Positions 1 to 8,512 of a stretch of DNA of 64,000 nucleotides are shown in pieces. Positions within the stretch are counted from its first letter, which is position 1; every line of letters begins with the position of its first letter. The notes beneath the pieces are model-generated. The model saw only the letters and a program-made list of their open reading frames with translations. It was not told the DNA's origin and did not search any database. This DNA is from an uncultured Chloroflexia bacterium. GTDB taxonomy: Bacteria > Chloroflexota > Limnocylindria > Limnocylindrales > CSP1-4. A program made the translations under genes and the position numbers. Location of the stretch: the NCBI GenBank assembly GCA_963829295.1, contig CAWHHU010000006.1:198200-262199 (forward strand). The letters are read 5' to 3'.

Positions 1-389
1 CGACGCTCGCGCTCTACCGTGCGGGGCGGGCCATCGCGGAGATCCCCGTCTGGCGGCAGATCGCCCGTGAACTGGACGACCTCCGAGAGCGCGCCGAGCG
101 GCTCGCTGCGGGCGTGGCGTCGAGCGCCGCCTCCGACGTCGCGGTCGTCGAGGTCTCGTCGGTGATCGGGGGTGGCTCCCTGCCGGGTCAGACGCTGGCT
201 TCGTGGGGAGTCGCCCTGCGCTTCCCGTCGCCCGATCGCGCCGCGCGCGCCCTTCGGACGGGGCCGGATCGGATCCTCGCTCGCATCGTCGGCGGCAGTG
301 TCGTGCTCGACCTGCGCACGGTCGACCCGGTCGATGACCCCGTGATCGCACGCCGCCTCATCGCGGTTGCGCCGCCCCGGCGACCATGA
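1..389 (+). CDS. selA: L-seryl-tRNA(Sec) selenium transferase, 3' end (5'-truncated by the window edge)
   Basis: The C-terminal sequence '...VIGGGSLPGQTLASWGVALRF...' is typical of SelA. Its stop overlaps the start of a clear selB (ATGA at 386-389). The reading frame runs to the window start. Confidence 0.6.
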   Translation, partial: TLALYRAGRAIAEIPVWRQIARELDDLRERAERLAAGVASSAASDVAVVEVSSVIGGGSLPGQTLASWGVALRFPSPDRAARALRTGPDRILARIVGGSVVLDLRTVDPVDDPVIARRLIAVAPPRRP

Positions 390-2341
390 GCGTCGTCGTC
401 GGCACGGCCGGCCACATCGATCACGGCAAGACCGCGCTCCTGCGCGTGCTCACCGGGATCGACGCGGACCGGCTACCCGAGGAGCGCCGGCGGGGGATGA
501 CGATCGACGTCGGGTATGCGCATCTCGCCCTGTCGGACGGGTCGGTGGTCGACTTCGTGGACGTCCCCGGGCACGACCGGCTGGTGGGCAACATGCTGGT
601 GGGCGCCGGCGAGATTGATGCGGCGCTGCTGGTGGTGGCGGCCGACGATGGGCCCAACGCGCAGTCCATCGAGCACCTCGAGCTGCTGGATGCACTGGGC
701 ATCGGCGACGGCGTGGCGGTCGTCACCAAGGCGGACCTCGCGCCCGATCGACTACGGGTCGAAGCGGTGGCGGCGGAGGTTGCCGGGCTGCTGGCCCGGA
801 CGACGCTTGCCGCCGCTCCGGTGCTGGTGGCCTCGGCGGTGACCGGTGAGGGCGTCGACGCGGTCCGCGCCGCGATCGCCGCGCTCGCCGGGCGGGTTGC
901 GCCACGACTGGCCGTCGGGGATGGCCCGCGCCTGGCGATCGACCGCGTGTTCGCGATCCGCGGCCGGGGCACGGTCGTCACCGGCAGCCTCCGGGGTGGG
1001 CGCGTGACAGCGGGGATGTCGCTGCGGGTCTTGCCTGATGGGTTGGAGGCGCGGGTTCGGGAGGTCCAGGTTCGCGGGCGCACGGTCGATGCGGGCGAGG
1101 GAGGACGAACGGCCCTGCTGCTGGGCGGGATCGAGGCGAGCCGGCTCCGTCGCGGCCAGGTGCTGACAATGGACCGCAGGATCGTCTCGACGTCGCGCGT
1201 GCTCGCCGCCGTGCGGGGCCCGGCACATGGCGCCGTGCGGGGCCCGGCACATGGCGCCGTGCGGGGCCCGGGGCAGCCTCGCGGGCCGTGGAGCGTCCCG
1301 ACGCCCGCCGGGCCACCGCGGGATCGTGATCGGCTGCGACTCCACCTCGGCACGGAGCAGGCAGCCGCGCTCGTCGTGCGGGGACCGCGCGAGGCCATCG
1401 ACCTGCCGGACGGGTCGTCGGTGGCGATCCTCCGGCTGGACGCCCCGATCGCGGCAGCGCCAGGCGACAGGTTCGCGCTCCGCCGGCCATCGCCGGGGTC
1501 GACCGCAGGAGGCGGGGTGGTCCTCGATGCGGCGCCGCCGCGAGGGATCTCCCGTCGCCGCCTCACCACAGCGCGAGCCACCGCGCTCGCTACCGGGCCG
1601 GTCGGCTCGCCGGACGCGAGGCTCGAGCTGCACGGAGCGCAGCGCGACACGACCGGTTGGAGGCTTGCCGCCGACGTCGATGCGGCACTGGTGGTCCATA
1701 CGCTTGCGGTGGTGGAGGGTCATCACGCAGACGATCCCCACTCGCCGGGCTTGTCGATGGCCAGCCTGCGGGCAGCCGTGGGCCTTGCCGCCCGGCGCCA
1801 TGTCACGCTCACGCGAGCCGCTGCCGATGACGTGGCCCGGTCGCTGATCGAGCGGCTGATCTCCGAAGGCGCCCTGGCCCGCGACGGCGACCTGGTACGT
1901 GACGCGGGTCGTGCCGCCGGGCTGCCGGCCGCGACGCTCGCGGCGATGGACCGGCTCGAGGCCGCGCTCTCGATCGTCGCTCCGCCGCCGCTGGCCGCCG
2001 CCGCCCGTGCCGCCGGCTGCCCACCCGACGGCCTGCGCGCGCTCGAGGCCGCCGGCCGGATCGTCAGGGTCGAGGACGATCTCGCCTGGTCGGCGGCCAC
2101 CTATCGCGACCTGGCGAAGCGGGCGATGTCGATGGCCGCCGCCGGACCGCTGTCTCCCGCCGCCTTCCGCGACGCCACCGGAAGCAGCCGTCGATTTGTG
2201 CTCGCCATCCTCGGCGACCTCGACCGGCGCGAGCTCCTCCGGCGGACCGATGCCGGGCACGTCCTGGGACCGAAGATGCTGGCGCGGCTGCGAGCCCGGG
2301 CGGCGGCTTCCACGCCGGTACCGGACGGCGATGCAGGATGA
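386..2341 (+). CDS. selB: Selenocysteine-specific translation elongation factor SelB
   Basis: N-terminal GTPase motifs GHIDHGKT and DVPGH..., TKADL, an EF-Tu-like domain, then a long winged-helix C-terminal region (651 aa). It lies downstream of selA. The whole-length minus-strand ORF opposite it has no motifs and is spurious. Confidence 0.85.
   Translation: MSVVVGTAGHIDHGKTALLRVLTGIDADRLPEERRRGMTIDVGYAHLALSDGSVVDFVDVPGHDRLVGNMLVGAGEIDAALLVVAADDGPNAQSIEHLELLDALGIGDGVAVVTKADLAPDRLRVEAVAAEVAGLLARTTLAAAPVLVASAVTGEGVDAVRAAIAALAGRVAPRLAVGDGPRLAIDRVFAIRGRGTVVTGSLRGGRVTAGMSLRVLPDGLEARVREVQVRGRTVDAGEGGRTALLLGGIEASRLRRGQVLTMDRRIVSTSRVLAAVRGPAHGAVRGPAHGAVRGPGQPRGPWSVPTPAGPPRDRDRLRLHLGTEQAAALVVRGPREAIDLPDGSSVAILRLDAPIAAAPGDRFALRRPSPGSTAGGGVVLDAAPPRGISRRRLTTARATALATGPVGSPDARLELHGAQRDTTGWRLAADVDAALVVHTLAVVEGHHADDPHSPGLSMASLRAAVGLAARRHVTLTRAAADDVARSLIERLISEGALARDGDLVRDAGRAAGLPAATLAAMDRLEAALSIVAPPPLAAAARAAGCPPDGLRALEAAGRIVRVEDDLAWSAATYRDLAKRAMSMAAAGPLSPAAFRDATGSSRRFVLAILGDLDRRELLRRTDAGHVLGPKMLARLRARAAASTPVPDGDAG
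1208..1272 (+). repeat. In-frame 24-bp tandem repeat (2.7 copies) inside selB encoding AVRGPAHG-AVRGPAHG-AVRGPG
   Basis: Direct reading: gccgtgcggggcccggcacatggc x2 plus a partial copy. Confidence 0.9.
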
Positions 2342-2949
2342 CCGTCGCGGCGATCGTGCTCGCCGGGGGTGCGAGCACCCGCTTCGGGACGGACAAGCTG
2401 GCCGCTGACCTCGATGGCCGGCCTCTGCTCCATCACGCGCTCGACGCCTGCGGTCTCGTGGCGGACCGCATCGTCCTCGTGATCGCCCCCGAGCGGCCCG
2501 CACCGGCCGTGCCGCCTGCCCTTGCCGATCGCATCGCGGTGGTGCGGGACCCGATCGCCCATCGCGGGCCGCTGGCCGGCCTGGCCGTGGGCCTGGAGGC
2601 GATCCCCGACGCCGAGATTGCGCTCGTTGCCGGGGGCGACATGCCCGCGCTCGTCCCCGCCGTGCTCCGGCTCATGGTCGGCCGGCTGCTTGCGGTCCCT
2701 CCGGTTGCTGCGATCACGCTTGCGGCTGACCCGCCTTCTTCACTGCCGATGGCCGTTCGGCCCGCACTCGCCCTGGCGGCCGCCAGAAGGCTGCTGGCCG
2801 AGGACCGCCGCGCACTGCGGGGACTGCTCGACCGCCTGCCATCGACCGTGATCGCGGCTGATGCCTGGCAGGCGCTCGATCCCGCCGGTCGGACCCTGAA
2901 CGACGTCGATACGCCGGGCGATCTCCCGCCCCACCCGACGTCCGATTGA
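2338..2949 (+). CDS. mobA: Molybdenum cofactor guanylyltransferase (MobA-like nucleotidyltransferase)
   Basis: The N-terminus 'AIVLAGGASTRFGTDK' plus 'AGGDMP' are MobA/NTP-transferase motifs. Its start overlaps the selB stop (ATGA). Confidence 0.7.
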   Translation: MTVAAIVLAGGASTRFGTDKLAADLDGRPLLHHALDACGLVADRIVLVIAPERPAPAVPPALADRIAVVRDPIAHRGPLAGLAVGLEAIPDAEIALVAGGDMPALVPAVLRLMVGRLLAVPPVAAITLAADPPSSLPMAVRPALALAAARRLLAEDRRALRGLLDRLPSTVIAADAWQALDPAGRTLNDVDTPGDLPPHPTSD

Positions 2950-2998
2950 CCGCGCCTTCGGCGGCCAGCCTCGCGGCCCACCTTCGACCGAACAGCTT

Positions 2999-3556
2999 GT
3001 GCGTGCGCGGCGTCTGAACAGGGGGAGGACAGGAGCCACGGACACCGTACGGCGCGCGCAGCGGGGCGATATGGACGCGTTCTCGGAGCTGGTGACGGCC
3101 CAGGGCCCGGCGATCTTCCGCATGGCACGGGCGTTCGTGGGCGACGGCTCGGCCGAGGACGTTGCTCAGGAGGTGTTCGTCGCGGCATGGCGCGCCCTGC
3201 CGGGCCTCCGGGACCCATCCCGGTTCGGGCCATGGCTGCACCGGATCGCGCTCAACCGGTGCCGGTCGGCGGTGCGGCGCTCCGGACGCGTCCGGGAGAT
3301 TCCGCTGGGCCCGGCGGCCGAGGCAACGCCGTCGATGACCGACTTCCGAGCCGCGGTGGAGGCGCGAACGGTCGTCGGGCCGGTGTTCCGGCGGCTGCCC
3401 GACGATGCGCGTTCCCTGCTCGCGCTCCACTACGCAGCCGGACTCTCGATCCGGGAGTGCGGTGAGGTTCTGGGCGTTCCGGAAGGCACGGCGAAGTCGC
3501 GCTTGAACGCCGCCCTCGAGGCGCTCCGCCGCGAGATCGGAAGGGTCGAGCCGTGA
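2999..3556 (+). CDS. ECF (sigma-70 family) RNA polymerase sigma factor
   Basis: Region 2 ('RAQRGDMDAFSELV...VAQEVFVAAWRAL') and region 4 ('LPDDARSLLALHYAAGLSIRECGEVLGVPEGTAKSRL'). GTG start at 2999; an alternative ATG is at 3071. Confidence 0.8.
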   Translation: MRARRLNRGRTGATDTVRRAQRGDMDAFSELVTAQGPAIFRMARAFVGDGSAEDVAQEVFVAAWRALPGLRDPSRFGPWLHRIALNRCRSAVRRSGRVREIPLGPAAEATPSMTDFRAAVEARTVVGPVFRRLPDDARSLLALHYAAGLSIRECGEVLGVPEGTAKSRLNAALEALRREIGRVEP

Positions 3557-5475
3557 GGGGCTCGCGCGACGACCTGGTCGATGTGTTCCTCGCCGACCTT
3601 GGCACCGCTCCCGTGCCCGAGGGGCTCACCCACGCCGTCGAGCAGCAGATCCGGACTGAGCGGCCCCGACGGGCGTCGCGCTTCGCGCCCTGGCTGGCCG
3701 CGGCGGCCGCCGTCCTCGCGCTGGCGATGTTGACGGGGCTCGCATGGCTCGTCGCCGGACCCGGCCCATCGCCCACGTCCGCGCTCCCCTCGCCGACCTC
3801 GACCGTCGAGGCGACGGCCGTCCCCTCGCGCACGGCCGCTTGGCAGATCACGATCAGGGGCCAGAACGAGGACGTTCCGGTCGACCTTGCCGTCGTCGAC
3901 CACAGCGGCACGATGACCGGCGTCGCACAGGCGTCGAGCTGGCCGGAGCCGAACGATCAGCGCCCCTTCGCGCTCCAGATCGGCCCGGGGCGGGACGACC
4001 GCTCGATCACGGTGTCGTGGGTCGGGGGAATCTGCGACACGCAGGCGACGCTCGAGCTGGCCGCCGATGCCGACACGCTCTCGCTGCTGTTCCCGCCGCA
4101 GGGCAACTGCGATTCGATCGGGGTGGGCTTCAGGGTCGACCTTCGGTTCGCGGCAACCGTCGACGCGACGACGTTCGAGGGGACCTGGAGTCGCGAAACC
4201 GCAACGCCGACACCGGCACCGTCGGCGATCGGGAGCTGGGACGTCAACCTGACCGATACGCCGACCGACCTCCAGATGACGCTCCACGCCGAGGATCGCT
4301 CGGGCACCATCACCGACGTCGCCGACACCGGCTCGACGCCTGCCGGTCTCGGATCCGAGGGTCCGGAGGACCTCGTGTTCGGACAAGGTCGTAACCGGCG
4401 GCACCTGCTCGTCGGCTGGACCGGCAGCGTGTGCGACGAGCGCGCCGTGCTGACGCTGGCCACCGACGGCCGGACGTTCACCCTGTCCTTCCCGGCGCGG
4501 CCCGGCTGCGATGCGATGGCGGTCGGACGGGCCGTCGAGATCGCCTTCGACCGCGCCGTGGACGCGACGGCGTTCACGGGGACGATGAACGGCGACCTGG
4601 TCCGGGTTGGGAACGTCGCACCTACGAGGGTGGCCTTCTCGACGCCGGCGCACGGCTGGGTGGGCGGCACGTCGAGCGGCGGCGATGCGATCGTGCTCGA
4701 GACCGTCGACGGGGGGACCGCCTGGCGGGTGGAGGGCCTGGGCACGGGCGAGGTTGGTGACATCGGGGTCGTCGGCGCGACGCGAGCGCTCGCCGGACGC
4801 ACCTGCCCCGACGGCGCGGACCCCTGCCGCCCGGGTCTGTACGAGCTCGACGGCGGCGGATCGTGGAGCGCGATCGGTCTGGATTGGTCCACCCGGCTGT
4901 CCTTCGCCGGCTCACAGGGGGCCGGGCTCCTGTTCGGGATCGGGTCGCCGCGCGAGGACTCGGGGATCCTGGCCCCGCAGATCCGGCTGACCGAGGACGG
5001 CGGCCGGTCCTGGTCGGCCGTCGCCTCGCCGTGCCCCCCGACGATGGGGCCGACGGATGCCGATCGCCTCGATGCCCGGACAGTCCTGGTGCTGTGCGAG
5101 GGCCAGGGTGCCACGGGCGGCGCCCGCAAGGAGCTCGACCGCTCGACCGACGGCGGGACCGCGTGGACGAGGCTGCCGGATCCACCCGAACCCGGCACCG
5201 GGATGGGGATGGACGTCCTGGCCGACGGAACCGGCTGGTTGTGGGGCGCCCGATCCCCACTGCTCGAGACGTCGGACGGCGGGGCAACATGGTCGCCGCT
5301 CGACGTTGCCGACGGCGACGTGCGGATCGTCCTCGATGCCGACGCCTGGGGCGGCGGCGCCGGCGTGGCGCTCGTGTGGGACCCGGATCGGCAGGCGACC
5401 CTGCTCCTGCAGACCGACGACGGCCAGGCGTGGACCGAGCTCGGCGCGTTCCCGGCGCTCGGTCGCGGAGGCTGA
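3553..5475 (+). CDS. Anti-sigma factor, single-pass membrane protein with duplicated extracellular domain and C-terminal BNR/Ycf48-like propeller repeats
   Basis: Start overlaps the sigma stop (GTGA). It has a transmembrane helix at 'WLAAAAAVLALAMLTGLAWLV'. Two ~140-aa paralogous segments ('VSWVGGICDTQATLELAADADTLSLLFPPQGNCD...' / 'LVGWTGSVCDERAVLTLATDGRTFTLSFPARPGCD...') are followed by five 'DGG(T/A/R)(A/S)W' BNR-like motifs. Confidence 0.65.
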   Translation: MRGSRDDLVDVFLADLGTAPVPEGLTHAVEQQIRTERPRRASRFAPWLAAAAAVLALAMLTGLAWLVAGPGPSPTSALPSPTSTVEATAVPSRTAAWQITIRGQNEDVPVDLAVVDHSGTMTGVAQASSWPEPNDQRPFALQIGPGRDDRSITVSWVGGICDTQATLELAADADTLSLLFPPQGNCDSIGVGFRVDLRFAATVDATTFEGTWSRETATPTPAPSAIGSWDVNLTDTPTDLQMTLHAEDRSGTITDVADTGSTPAGLGSEGPEDLVFGQGRNRRHLLVGWTGSVCDERAVLTLATDGRTFTLSFPARPGCDAMAVGRAVEIAFDRAVDATAFTGTMNGDLVRVGNVAPTRVAFSTPAHGWVGGTSSGGDAIVLETVDGGTAWRVEGLGTGEVGDIGVVGATRALAGRTCPDGADPCRPGLYELDGGGSWSAIGLDWSTRLSFAGSQGAGLLFGIGSPREDSGILAPQIRLTEDGGRSWSAVASPCPPTMGPTDADRLDARTVLVLCEGQGATGGARKELDRSTDGGTAWTRLPDPPEPGTGMGMDVLADGTGWLWGARSPLLETSDGGATWSPLDVADGDVRIVLDADAWGGGAGVALVWDPDRQATLLLQTDDGQAWTELGAFPALGRGG

Positions 5476-5483
5476 TCGGCCCG

Positions 5484-7142
5484 CTACCGCTCCAGGTCCG
5501 GTGTGTCGTGGACCGCCACGCCCTCGACGAACGTGGCGACCACGCGCGCATCGCCGATCGGCCCGGCACCCCGGTCGAACAGGTCGCGGTCGAGAATCGC
5601 GAGGTCCGCCAGCTTGCCGAGCGTGAGCGATCCCGTCTCGTCGAGATGGTTGGCGTACGCAGAGCCCGCCGTGAACGCCGTGAGGGCGTCCGTCAGCTCG
5701 ATCGCCTCCTCGGGCATGAATGGCTCCCGGCCTCGGTCCTCGTCGCTGACGCGGGTCACGGCGACCTCCATCTGGAGGATCGGGTCGGGCGTGGACACGC
5801 TCCAGTCGGAGCCCATGACAAGTGTGGCCCCGTGCCGACGCAGGGAGCGCAGGGGATACTGGCGCGCGCTCACGTCGGGCCCCAGGACCGGAAGTGTCAG
5901 CTCGTCCATCTGCTCCTCGTGCGTGGCCCAGTACGTCTGCGCATTGGCCAGCGCGCCCAGCTGCCGGAACCGGGGCAGGTCATCGGGGTGAACGACCTGA
6001 GGGTGGGCGAGCTGGGGCCGGGTGTCGGACCAGCCGTTCGCGCGTCGCGCCGCCTCGACGGCATCGAGCGCGAGCCGGACGGCACGGTCGCCGAGCGCGT
6101 GGAAGTGGGGTTGGAAGCCGAGGGCGTCGAGCCGTCCGACCGCGGGCTGGAGGATCTCCGGCGCGATGAACACCATGCCCGTGCTCGGGGTGGGGTGCCC
6201 ATCGGGGTCGAAGTACGGCTCGAGCATCGCCGCCGACTGATGCTCCACGACACCATCGACCATGAGCTTCACGCTGGTGCCCGCATATCGTCCGGCGATG
6301 CCGCCCGCTCGCCGCTCCACGAGCTCGTCGATCTGCTCGAGACCCCGGGCGCGATCCCACCACAGCGCGCCGACCACCCGCGCGGTGAGCTCGCCGGTGC
6401 CCGCCAGGGCGAGGTAGGCGGCCTGGTCCCCGGCGGTGACCCAGGCGTCCTGCCACGCGGTGATACCCAGGGAGTGCAGGTAGCGCTGACTCTCGAGCAG
6501 GGCCGCCCGCAGCTCGTCGGCACCGGGCGGGGGAAGCAGCCGCGAGACGAGGTCCATGGCGCCCTCGTGGAGGGTGCCCATCGGCGTTCCGTCGGCGTCG
6601 CGGGCGATCTTCCCGTCGGGCGGATCGGGCGTGTCGGCCGTGATGCCCGCCAGCTCCAGCGCCCGCGTGTTGACCCATGCGTCATGGACATCGCGATTGG
6701 GGAGGAATACGGGCCGGTCGGGGACGACACGGTCCAGATCCTCGCGTCTCGGCAGGCCGCCCGGAAAGTCCGCCATCGCCCAGCCGCCACCCAGGATCCA
6801 GCCGGCCGCAGGATGGGCAGCCGCATACGCCGCCACGCGCTCGAGGTCCTGATCCCTGCCGCGCGTATCGTGCAGCTCGCACCGGATCCGGTTCAGGCCC
6901 CCGTGGATGGGATGGACGTGGGCATCCTGGAACCCGGGCGTGACCGTTCTGCCGCGCAGCTCGATCACGCGCGTGCGCCGTCCGATCAGCGACCGGACGG
7001 CCTGATCACCACCCACGGCCAGGATCCGGCCGTCTCCCACCGCGAGCGCCTCGGCCCAGGAGCGGGCGGGGTCGGCCGTGAAGATGCGCCCGCCCACAAG
7101 GGCAAGATCGGCGACGCCCGCTCCCCGAAGCAGCTCGCTCAT
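5484..7142 (-). CDS. Amidohydrolase family protein (YtcJ-like, amidohydrolase 3)
   Basis: 552 aa. Metal-binding 'QDAHVHP' appears near the N-terminus, with 'HFHALGDRAV' and a C-terminal 'MGSDWSVS...' typical of the metal-dependent amidohydrolase superfamily. Confidence 0.7.
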   Translation of the reverse strand: MSELLRGAGVADLALVGGRIFTADPARSWAEALAVGDGRILAVGGDQAVRSLIGRRTRVIELRGRTVTPGFQDAHVHPIHGGLNRIRCELHDTRGRDQDLERVAAYAAAHPAAGWILGGGWAMADFPGGLPRREDLDRVVPDRPVFLPNRDVHDAWVNTRALELAGITADTPDPPDGKIARDADGTPMGTLHEGAMDLVSRLLPPPGADELRAALLESQRYLHSLGITAWQDAWVTAGDQAAYLALAGTGELTARVVGALWWDRARGLEQIDELVERRAGGIAGRYAGTSVKLMVDGVVEHQSAAMLEPYFDPDGHPTPSTGMVFIAPEILQPAVGRLDALGFQPHFHALGDRAVRLALDAVEAARRANGWSDTRPQLAHPQVVHPDDLPRFRQLGALANAQTYWATHEEQMDELTLPVLGPDVSARQYPLRSLRRHGATLVMGSDWSVSTPDPILQMEVAVTRVSDEDRGREPFMPEEAIELTDALTAFTAGSAYANHLDETGSLTLGKLADLAILDRDLFDRGAGPIGDARVVATFVEGVAVHDTPDLER

Positions 7143-7855
7143 CCGGCGATCACGTCCTGGCTGTTGGCCGTCCGCAGGTATCGGTCCAGCTCGGCGAAGT
7201 CGCGAACCACCAGGTCGGCCGCCCCCTCATCGCCTCCAGGCGCGTACAGGCAGGTCCGCAGCCTGGCCGCCCGCCCCGCCGCGATGTCGATGTCCCGATC
7301 GCCGACGGCGATGGTCTCCCCCCGTTCCAGGTGGAACGCCGCAAGCGCGCCCTCGAAGATGGCTGGGTCGGGCTTCCTCGGATACCCGTCATCGCCGGTC
7401 AGCACCCCGGCGAAGTACCCGGCCATGTCATTCGCGTCCAGGAGCATCATCGTGCCCCAGCGTCTGCGATGGGTGGCGATGACGTTGCTGCCGCCGATCG
7501 CGCAGATGTAGCGGCAGACGTCGATGGTCCCGGGAAACGGCGGGCTGTCCCCGACCGCTTCGCTCGCATATTGCTGCCCGAACGCGTGCTCCAGGTCATC
7601 GAGACCCACGTCGCATGTTGCCGACAGAACCGAAAGGCAGTGATCGAGCGACTCGCGGGCCAGGCTGGTGATCCGGTCCAGCGGCGCATCACGCCCGAGA
7701 TCGTTCAGGGCCCCCCGGAACGCCCTGGCGATGGACGGGTAGGTATCGAACAGCGTGCCATCGACATCCCAGATGATGCTGCGAAGCATGGACGGAACCC
7801 CCGGGGTATTCATTTCGGGTGCCTGTCCCACGGCCGCGCGCCTGATGCGATCCAT
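7139..7855 (-). CDS. HAD-superfamily hydrolase (phosphatase-like)
   Basis: Motif I 'IIWDVDGTLFDT' and C-terminal 'AVGDRDIDIAAG' (motif IV). The likely true start is an internal Met (about 7789 or 7813). Confidence 0.7.
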   Translation of the reverse strand: MDRIRRAAVGQAPEMNTPGVPSMLRSIIWDVDGTLFDTYPSIARAFRGALNDLGRDAPLDRITSLARESLDHCLSVLSATCDVGLDDLEHAFGQQYASEAVGDSPPFPGTIDVCRYICAIGGSNVIATHRRRWGTMMLLDANDMAGYFAGVLTGDDGYPRKPDPAIFEGALAAFHLERGETIAVGDRDIDIAAGRAARLRTCLYAPGGDEGAADLVVRDFAELDRYLRTANSQDVIAG

Positions 7856-7963
7856 GTCGATGCAAGCGTCCGCCCCGGGCCGGTCACGCGTCAGGGTCGA
7901 TGGTCAGGATCCGCCGTCCCGAACGGTGCTCCCGGGTGCGTCGCCGGCGGGTACGCTGCGCCG

Positions 7964-8512
7964 ATGACCAGCGTTCATCTGCTCCACGCGGGCTACGCGG
8001 GCGACCGCGTCGCCTCGTCCATCGTCCTCGTCCGGGACACGGACGCCCTGATCGTCGTCGACCCCGGCATGGTCGCCCGCCGCTCGCTGATCCGCGATCC
8101 ACTCGACGAGCTCGATGTCGTGCCCGAGGCCGTGACTCACGTGTTCCTGAGCCACCATCACCCCGATCACACGATCAACATCGCCCTGTTCCCCAACGCC
8201 GAGGTGGTCGACTTCTGGGCCCGCTACCGGGACGACCAGTGGCTCGATCACGACGGCGATGGCTACCGGCTGTCCCCGCACGCCCAGCTGTGGCTGACGC
8301 CCGGTCACACCGAGGAGGACGCGACGCTGATCGTCGAGGCCGACGATGCCGTCTACGCGATGACGCATCTCTGGTGGTACGAGAACCGCACCCCCGAGGT
8401 CGATCCGCTGGGTTGGGACCAGGCGGCCATCGAGCGTGGTCGCGAGCGCGTCCTGGCGGCCGCCGACATCGTGATCCCGGGTCACGGCGGACCGTTCCGC
8501 GTCACCCGCTGA
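7964..8512 (+). CDS. MBL-fold metallo-hydrolase
   Basis: 'SHHHPDH' (HxHxDH) and a later 'PGHT' motif; 182 aa. The longer ORF upstream (7331) lacks motifs. Confidence 0.7.
   Translation: MTSVHLLHAGYAGDRVASSIVLVRDTDALIVVDPGMVARRSLIRDPLDELDVVPEAVTHVFLSHHHPDHTINIALFPNAEVVDFWARYRDDQWLDHDGDGYRLSPHAQLWLTPGHTEEDATLIVEADDAVYAMTHLWWYENRTPEVDPLGWDQAAIERGRERVLAAADIVIPGHGGPFRVTR

Noticed and set aside
421-1650. Long minus-strand ORFs opposite selB (409 aa, 583 aa), opposite comEC (453 aa at 55501-56862) and many similar 100-400-aa ORFs across the window
   Set aside because: They are low-complexity Arg/Pro/Ser-rich translations antisense to well-supported genes, with no start context or motifs.
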